From assembly GCA_963734495.1 (NCBI GenBank), contig CAVTHK010000010.1:160001-224000 (forward strand): DNA of 64,000 bases, given 5' to 3'. Source of the DNA: an uncultured Spirochaetota bacterium (GTDB taxonomy: Bacteria > Spirochaetota > Spirochaetia > SZUA-6 > CAVTHK01). Below the pieces are notes generated by a model, which saw only the letters and a list, made by a program, of their open reading frames with translations, ran no database searches and was not told the origin of the DNA. The position numbers and the translations under genes were made by a program. Of the stretch, positions 59,430 to 64,000 are shown in pieces. Every line of letters starts with the position of its first letter. Position 1 is the stretch's first letter.

Positions 59430-61150
59430 ACGGCATATTGCAGATCCTGTTCTACCTTGTCGCCCTGCTCGCGCTCGCCTGGCCTCTGGGCCGCTACATG
59501 GCCAGGGTCTACCAGGGGGAGCGTGTGTTCACGACGCCGGTCTTTGCCGGGCTCGAGCGCCTGACTTACCGGGTGCTCGGCATCGATCCCGCGGCGGAGA
59601 TGGATTGGAAGCGCTACTTCTACTCTGTGCTCGCCTTCAGCGCCGTGGGCTTCGTGGCGCTCTATGCGCTGCACTTCCTGCAGGGCGTGCTCCCGCTGAA
59701 CCCCGAGCACCTCGGTCCGACATCGTGGCACCTGGCCTTCAACACCAGCGTCAGCTTCGTCACGAACACCAACTGGCAGGCCTACGGAGGCGAAACGACC
59801 CTCTCCTACTTGACTCAGATGCTGGGCCTCACCGTGCAGAACTTCGTCTCGGCGGCCGCAGGGATGGCCGTGCTCGTGGCCGTCATCCGCGGCTTCGTAC
59901 GAAAGGAAGCGTCGACGATCGGCAATTTCTGGGTGGACATCACCCGCACCGTGTACTACATCCTGCTGCCGCTGGCTTTTGTCGTGGCCCTGATCCTCGT
60001 GTCGCAGGGGGTCGTGCAGACCTTTAGTCCCTACGCGCATGCGACGCTGATCGACCCATACCAGCTCCAGGACGGCACCAAGGTCACGGAGCAGACCATC
60101 GCAGTCGGCCCCGCGGCGTCGCAGATCGCGATCAAGCAGCTCGGGACAAACGGCGGTGGATTCTTCAACGTGAACTCTTCGCACCCCCTCGAGAACGCTA
60201 CGCCCCTCTCGAACTTCGTCGAGATGATTTCGATCCTGCTGATCGGCGCTTCCTTGTGCTTCACCTTCGGAGCGATGGTCAAGGAGCACAGGCAGGGCCG
60301 GGCCTTGCTCTGGACCATGGTGGCGCTCTTCGTGCTCTTCATCGTCGTTGCATTCGTTCCCGAGACGCGGGCGGGCGCCGGGCCCGACGGCGGCGTCGCG
60401 GCCGTCAACGGGACCGCGGGCAACATGGAAGGCAAGGAGGTTCGGTTCGGCGTGCCCAACTCCGTTCTGTGGGCGGTCGCCACGACCTCGGCCTCCAATG
60501 GCTCGGTCAACTCGATGCACGACTCCTACACGCCGCTCGGCGGCCTGGTTCCGATGTTCATGATGCAGCTCGGCGAGGTGGTGTTCGGCGGCGTCGGCTC
60601 GGGGCTCTACGGCATGCTGCTCGTCGCCCTGCTCGCGGTCTTTATCGCCGGCCTCATGGTGGGACGCACCCCGGAGTACCTGGGCAAGAAGGTGGAGTCC
60701 TACGATATGAAGGCTGTCGCGGTCGGCATCCTCATCACGCCGCTGGTGGTGCTCGTCGGCACCGCCATAGCCGTGGCGACGCCCTACACGGTCGCCAGCA
60801 TGAGCAATCCGCTGCCTCACGGCTTCAGCCAGGTGCTCTACCTCTACACCTCGCAGGGCAACAACAACGGGAGCGCTTTTGCCGGCTTCAACGCCAACAC
60901 GTGGTTCTTCAACGTCTCGGGCGGCATCGTGATGCTGATCGCCCGGTTCGCGCCCATGGGGGCGGCACTGGCCGTGGGCGGGTCGCTCGCGCGCAAGAAG
61001 ACGGTGCCCAAGAGCGAGGGCACGTTCCCGACCGACGGAGCGCTCTTCGTGGCGCTCCTGGCGGCCGTCATTCTCATCGTGGGAGGCCTCAACCACTTCC
61101 CGGCCCTGGCCTTGGGTCCGCTGGCCGAGGGCTTCACATCCGGATTCTAG
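59426..61150 (+). CDS. kdpA: K+-transporting ATPase subunit A
   Basis: [60 protein letters not shown]. Confidence 0.97.
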   Translation: MNGILQILFYLVALLALAWPLGRYMARVYQGERVFTTPVFAGLERLTYRVLGIDPAAEMDWKRYFYSVLAFSAVGFVALYALHFLQGVLPLNPEHLGPTSWHLAFNTSVSFVTNTNWQAYGGETTLSYLTQMLGLTVQNFVSAAAGMAVLVAVIRGFVRKEASTIGNFWVDITRTVYYILLPLAFVVALILVSQGVVQTFSPYAHATLIDPYQLQDGTKVTEQTIAVGPAASQIAIKQLGTNGGGFFNVNSSHPLENATPLSNFVEMISILLIGASLCFTFGAMVKEHRQGRALLWTMVALFVLFIVVAFVPETRAGAGPDGGVAAVNGTAGNMEGKEVRFGVPNSVLWAVATTSASNGSVNSMHDSYTPLGGLVPMFMMQLGEVVFGGVGSGLYGMLLVALLAVFIAGLMVGRTPEYLGKKVESYDMKAVAVGILITPLVVLVGTAIAVATPYTVASMSNPLPHGFSQVLYLYTSQGNNNGSAFAGFNANTWFFNVSGGIVMLIARFAPMGAALAVGGSLARKKTVPKSEGTFPTDGALFVALLAAVILIVGGLNHFPALALGPLAEGFTSGF

Positions 61151-61244
61151 GACCATGGATGGTCCTGCCCGCGGGCGCCAGGGATGGCATAGCCCACGGG
61201 ATCTATGGTCGCGCGCCCGGCGCGCGCCGCCTGAGGAGGAGCGT

Positions 61245-63290
61245 ATGTTCAAGAGCGCAAAGGGAATCGCAGCTCGGGCGATCCGCGACAGCTTCGCGAA
61301 GCTCGATCCCAGGGTGCAGGTCCGCAACCCTGTGATGTTCGTGGTGTTCGTCGGGGCGATCCTGACGACACTCGTGTACGTCGCAGCCCGCTTCCAGCCG
61401 GACCTCGCGACGTCGCCGGGGTTCGTGGGATCGGTGTCGATCTGGCTTTGGCTCACGGTGCTCTTCGCCAACTTCGCGGAGGCCGTGGCCGAGGGCAGGG
61501 GCAAGGCGCAGGCCGAGGCCCTGCGCAGGGCCAGGCAGGAGGTGCCGGCCCGCAAGCTGCGGGAACCGCGGCCGGACGCCGCGTTCGACGAGGTCGCCTC
61601 GTCAGATCTCTCGGCAGGCGACCTGGTTCTGGTCAAGGCCGGCGACGTCATTCCGGGCGACGGCGAAGTCACCGAAGGCGTGGCGTCGGTGGACGAGAGC
61701 GCCATCACAGGCGAGAGCGCCCCGGTCATCCGGGAGAGCGGTGGGGACCGCAGCTCCGTTACCGGCGGGACGCGCGTCATCTCCGACTGGATCATCGTTC
61801 GGATTACCGGAAAGAGAGGCGAGAGCTTCCTGGACCGCATGATCGCCATGGTCGAGGGGGCAAAACGCCAGAAGACGCCGAACGAGATCGCGCTGAACAT
61901 CCTGCTGGCCGCGTTGACGATCGTCTTTCTCGTAGTGACTGTCACTCTCTATCCCTACAGCGTCTTCAGCGTCGAGCAGATCAAGTCGGGGCGCCCGGTG
62001 GACGTCGTGTCGCTGGTCGCGTTGCTGGTCTGCCTGGCTCCCACTACGATCGGAGCCCTCCTTTCGGCCATAGGAATCGCAGGCATGAACCGGCTCGCGC
62101 GCGTCAACGTGATGGCGATGTCAGGCCGCGCCGTGGAGGCCGCAGGCGACGTAGACGTGCTGCTCCTCGACAAGACCGGCACCATCACGCTGGGCAACAG
62201 GCAGGCATCCGCGCTCATCCCCGCTCCCGGGGTCTCCCCGGAGAGCCTGGCCGACGCCGCCCAGCTCAGCTCGCTGGCTGACGAGACTCCCGAAGGCCGC
62301 AGCATTGTGGTCCTCGCCAAGCGCGACTTCGGCATCCGCGGCCGTGAGCTCGTCGATCTCAAGCACCGTTTCATTCCGTTTTCAGCCAAAACCAGGATGA
62401 GCGGGATCGACCTCGGAAGCAGGCAGATCCGCAAGGGGGCCGTGGACGCGATTCAGCAGTTCGTGGCGGCAAAGGGCGGCGCCGTGCCAGGGCCGATCTC
62501 GCAGAGAGCGCAGGCGGTCGCACTGGAGGGCGGTACGCCTCTTCTGGTCGCGGAGAACGACCGCGTCCTGGGGCTGGTGGCGCTCAAGGACATAGTGAAA
62601 CATGGCATCAAGGAGCGCTTCGCACAGCTGCGCGGCATGGGCGTGAAGACCGTGATGATCACGGGCGACAATCCGAACACGGCTGCTTCCATAGCCGCCG
62701 AGGCAGGTGTGGACGACTTTCTCGCCCAGGCAACCCCCGAAGCCAAGCTCAACCTGATCCGCGACTACCAGAAGGGGGGCCGCCTTGTGGCGATGACCGG
62801 CGACGGCACCAACGACGCCCCTGCGCTGGCCCAGGCTGACGTGGCCGTGGCCATGAACGCGGGCACTCAGGCGGCCAAGGAGGCCGGCAACATGGTCGAC
62901 CTGGACTCCAACCCGACCAAGCTGCTCGACGTTGTCCAGATCGGCAAGCAGATGCTCATCACGCGTGGCACCCTCACCACGTTCAGCGTGGCCAACGACG
63001 TGGCCAAGTACTTCGCGATCCTGCCGTCGATGTTCGTGGGAACCTACCCGGCGCTCGGGGCCCTCAACGTCATGGGTCTCCACACGGACACTGCCATCCT
63101 GTCGGCAGTGATCTTCAACGCGCTGATCATCGTGGCCCTGATTCCCCTCGCGCTGCGGGGAGTCGCCTACAAAGCCATGTCGGCGGCGCGGCTGCTCAAG
63201 CGGAATCTCCTGGTCTACGGCCTGGGAGGGTTGATCGCCCCCTTTGTCGGGATCAAGGTGATCGATCTCCTGTTGGGAGGAATTAGATGA
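61245..63290 (+). CDS. kdpB: K+-transporting P-type ATPase subunit B
   Basis: GAGGAGG SD before ATG 61245; [44 protein letters not shown]. Confidence 0.97.
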   Translation: MFKSAKGIAARAIRDSFAKLDPRVQVRNPVMFVVFVGAILTTLVYVAARFQPDLATSPGFVGSVSIWLWLTVLFANFAEAVAEGRGKAQAEALRRARQEVPARKLREPRPDAAFDEVASSDLSAGDLVLVKAGDVIPGDGEVTEGVASVDESAITGESAPVIRESGGDRSSVTGGTRVISDWIIVRITGKRGESFLDRMIAMVEGAKRQKTPNEIALNILLAALTIVFLVVTVTLYPYSVFSVEQIKSGRPVDVVSLVALLVCLAPTTIGALLSAIGIAGMNRLARVNVMAMSGRAVEAAGDVDVLLLDKTGTITLGNRQASALIPAPGVSPESLADAAQLSSLADETPEGRSIVVLAKRDFGIRGRELVDLKHRFIPFSAKTRMSGIDLGSRQIRKGAVDAIQQFVAAKGGAVPGPISQRAQAVALEGGTPLLVAENDRVLGLVALKDIVKHGIKERFAQLRGMGVKTVMITGDNPNTAASIAAEAGVDDFLAQATPEAKLNLIRDYQKGGRLVAMTGDGTNDAPALAQADVAVAMNAGTQAAKEAGNMVDLDSNPTKLLDVVQIGKQMLITRGTLTTFSVANDVAKYFAILPSMFVGTYPALGALNVMGLHTDTAILSAVIFNALIIVALIPLALRGVAYKAMSAARLLKRNLLVYGLGGLIAPFVGIKVIDLLLGGIR

Positions 63291-63883
63291 AGAATCGCGT
63301 CTGGTTGCCTTCGATCATCCTGCTTGTGGTTATGACTGTGCTCACCGGAGTCGCCTACCCCCTGGTGGTCACGGCTGCCGGGCGGCTGCTGTTTCCCTCG
63401 CAGGCGAGCGGGAGCCTGGTAACCCGCGGCGGGCAGGTCGTCGGCTCCGCCCTCGTGGGACAGCAGTTCACCTCCGACCGCTACTTCTGGGGCAGGCCCT
63501 CGGCAACAGGCCCGATGCCCTACAATGCCGCGGCATCCTCCGGGAGCAACCTGACCCCGAGAGGCGACGCGCTGAAACAGCAGGTCGCAGATCGCGTCGA
63601 CGCGCTCAGGAAAGCCAACCCTGACGCGCGCGGACCTATCCCTGCCGACCTGGTAACCGCCTCGGGGAGCGGCCTCGATCCTGACATCGCCAGGGCGGCG
63701 GCGCTGTACCAGGTGCCGCGTGTCGCAAAGGCGCGCAACGTCCCCGAGGACCGCGTGCTCGCCCTCGTGGCACGAGTGTCGCAGGGGCGTCAGCTCGGCT
63801 TCCTGGGGGAGCCGCGGGTCAATGTGTTAAGATTGAACCTGGCGCTGGACGAAGCCTTTGGAGAGCGCGTAGGAGGACGATGA
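63287..63883 (+). CDS. kdpC: K+-transporting ATPase subunit C
   Basis: [48 protein letters not shown]. Confidence 0.96.
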   Translation: MKNRVWLPSIILLVVMTVLTGVAYPLVVTAAGRLLFPSQASGSLVTRGGQVVGSALVGQQFTSDRYFWGRPSATGPMPYNAAASSGSNLTPRGDALKQQVADRVDALRKANPDARGPIPADLVTASGSGLDPDIARAAALYQVPRVAKARNVPEDRVLALVARVSQGRQLGFLGEPRVNVLRLNLALDEAFGERVGGR

Positions 63884-64000
63884 GCGAGGCGGGCGAACCG
63901 CGGCGACCAGATCCGGATCAGCTGCTGAAGCAGGCGCGGGCCGACGAGTCGACAAAGGGGAAGCTGAAGGTCTTCTTCGGATACGCCGCGGGCGTAGGCA
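63880..64000 (+). CDS. kdpD: Sensor histidine kinase KdpD, N-terminal fragment (continues off the window)
   Basis: [24 protein letters not shown]...[14 protein letters not shown], the KdpD N-terminal signature. Confidence 0.92.
   Translation, partial: MSEAGEPRRPDPDQLLKQARADESTKGKLKVFFGYAAGVG

Noticed and set aside
1-64000. CRISPR array, integrase, prophage or intact IS
   Set aside because: No regularly spaced repeats, cas genes, recombinase or phage genes were seen by eye.

Overview
High-GC (roughly 70% by eye) bacterial chromosomal segment, most likely from a Spirochaetota genome. That assignment is inferred from gene content (DUF4037-type protein, LolA-like/FtsX-permease operon, lipoproteins) and was not tested. 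Single-base indels split many conserved genes (recC, a methyltransferase, alr, plsC, CoA-activase, M16 peptidase, trkA, trkH), which points to an unpolished long-read assembly rather than real pseudogenes. Left part: recB (5' end), recC, a DUF2127-like gene, two orphan DNA methyltransferases, an orphan sugar-binding protein, recQ-like helicase, a lipoprotein, a ClpX-like ATPase, an M28 peptidase, alr, hflX and tRNA-Leu(GAG). An accessory block follows the tRNA: SDR, ABM, a Lol/FtsX-like operon without ATPase, a hyaluronan-synthase-like GT2 and a truncated DinB-family gene. Middle: lipid kinase, plsC, two single-domain response regulators, a CoA-activase fusion, M16 protease, MFS, a nucleotidyltransferase-like protein, TolC-MFP-RND efflux and MarR plus a heterodimeric ABC exporter. 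The right end is a >12 kb potassium-uptake superlocus (KtrBA, a six-gene Trk operon with three uncharacterised genes, kdpF'FABCD). Strongest observation: the trk and kdp promoters share the same four-box architecture (KdpE-like hexamers at offsets 0/11/32/43, -10-like hexamer at +59), suggesting one KdpDE regulon that includes uncharacterised accessory proteins and a second KdpF-like peptide. Several genes also appear to be leaderless.
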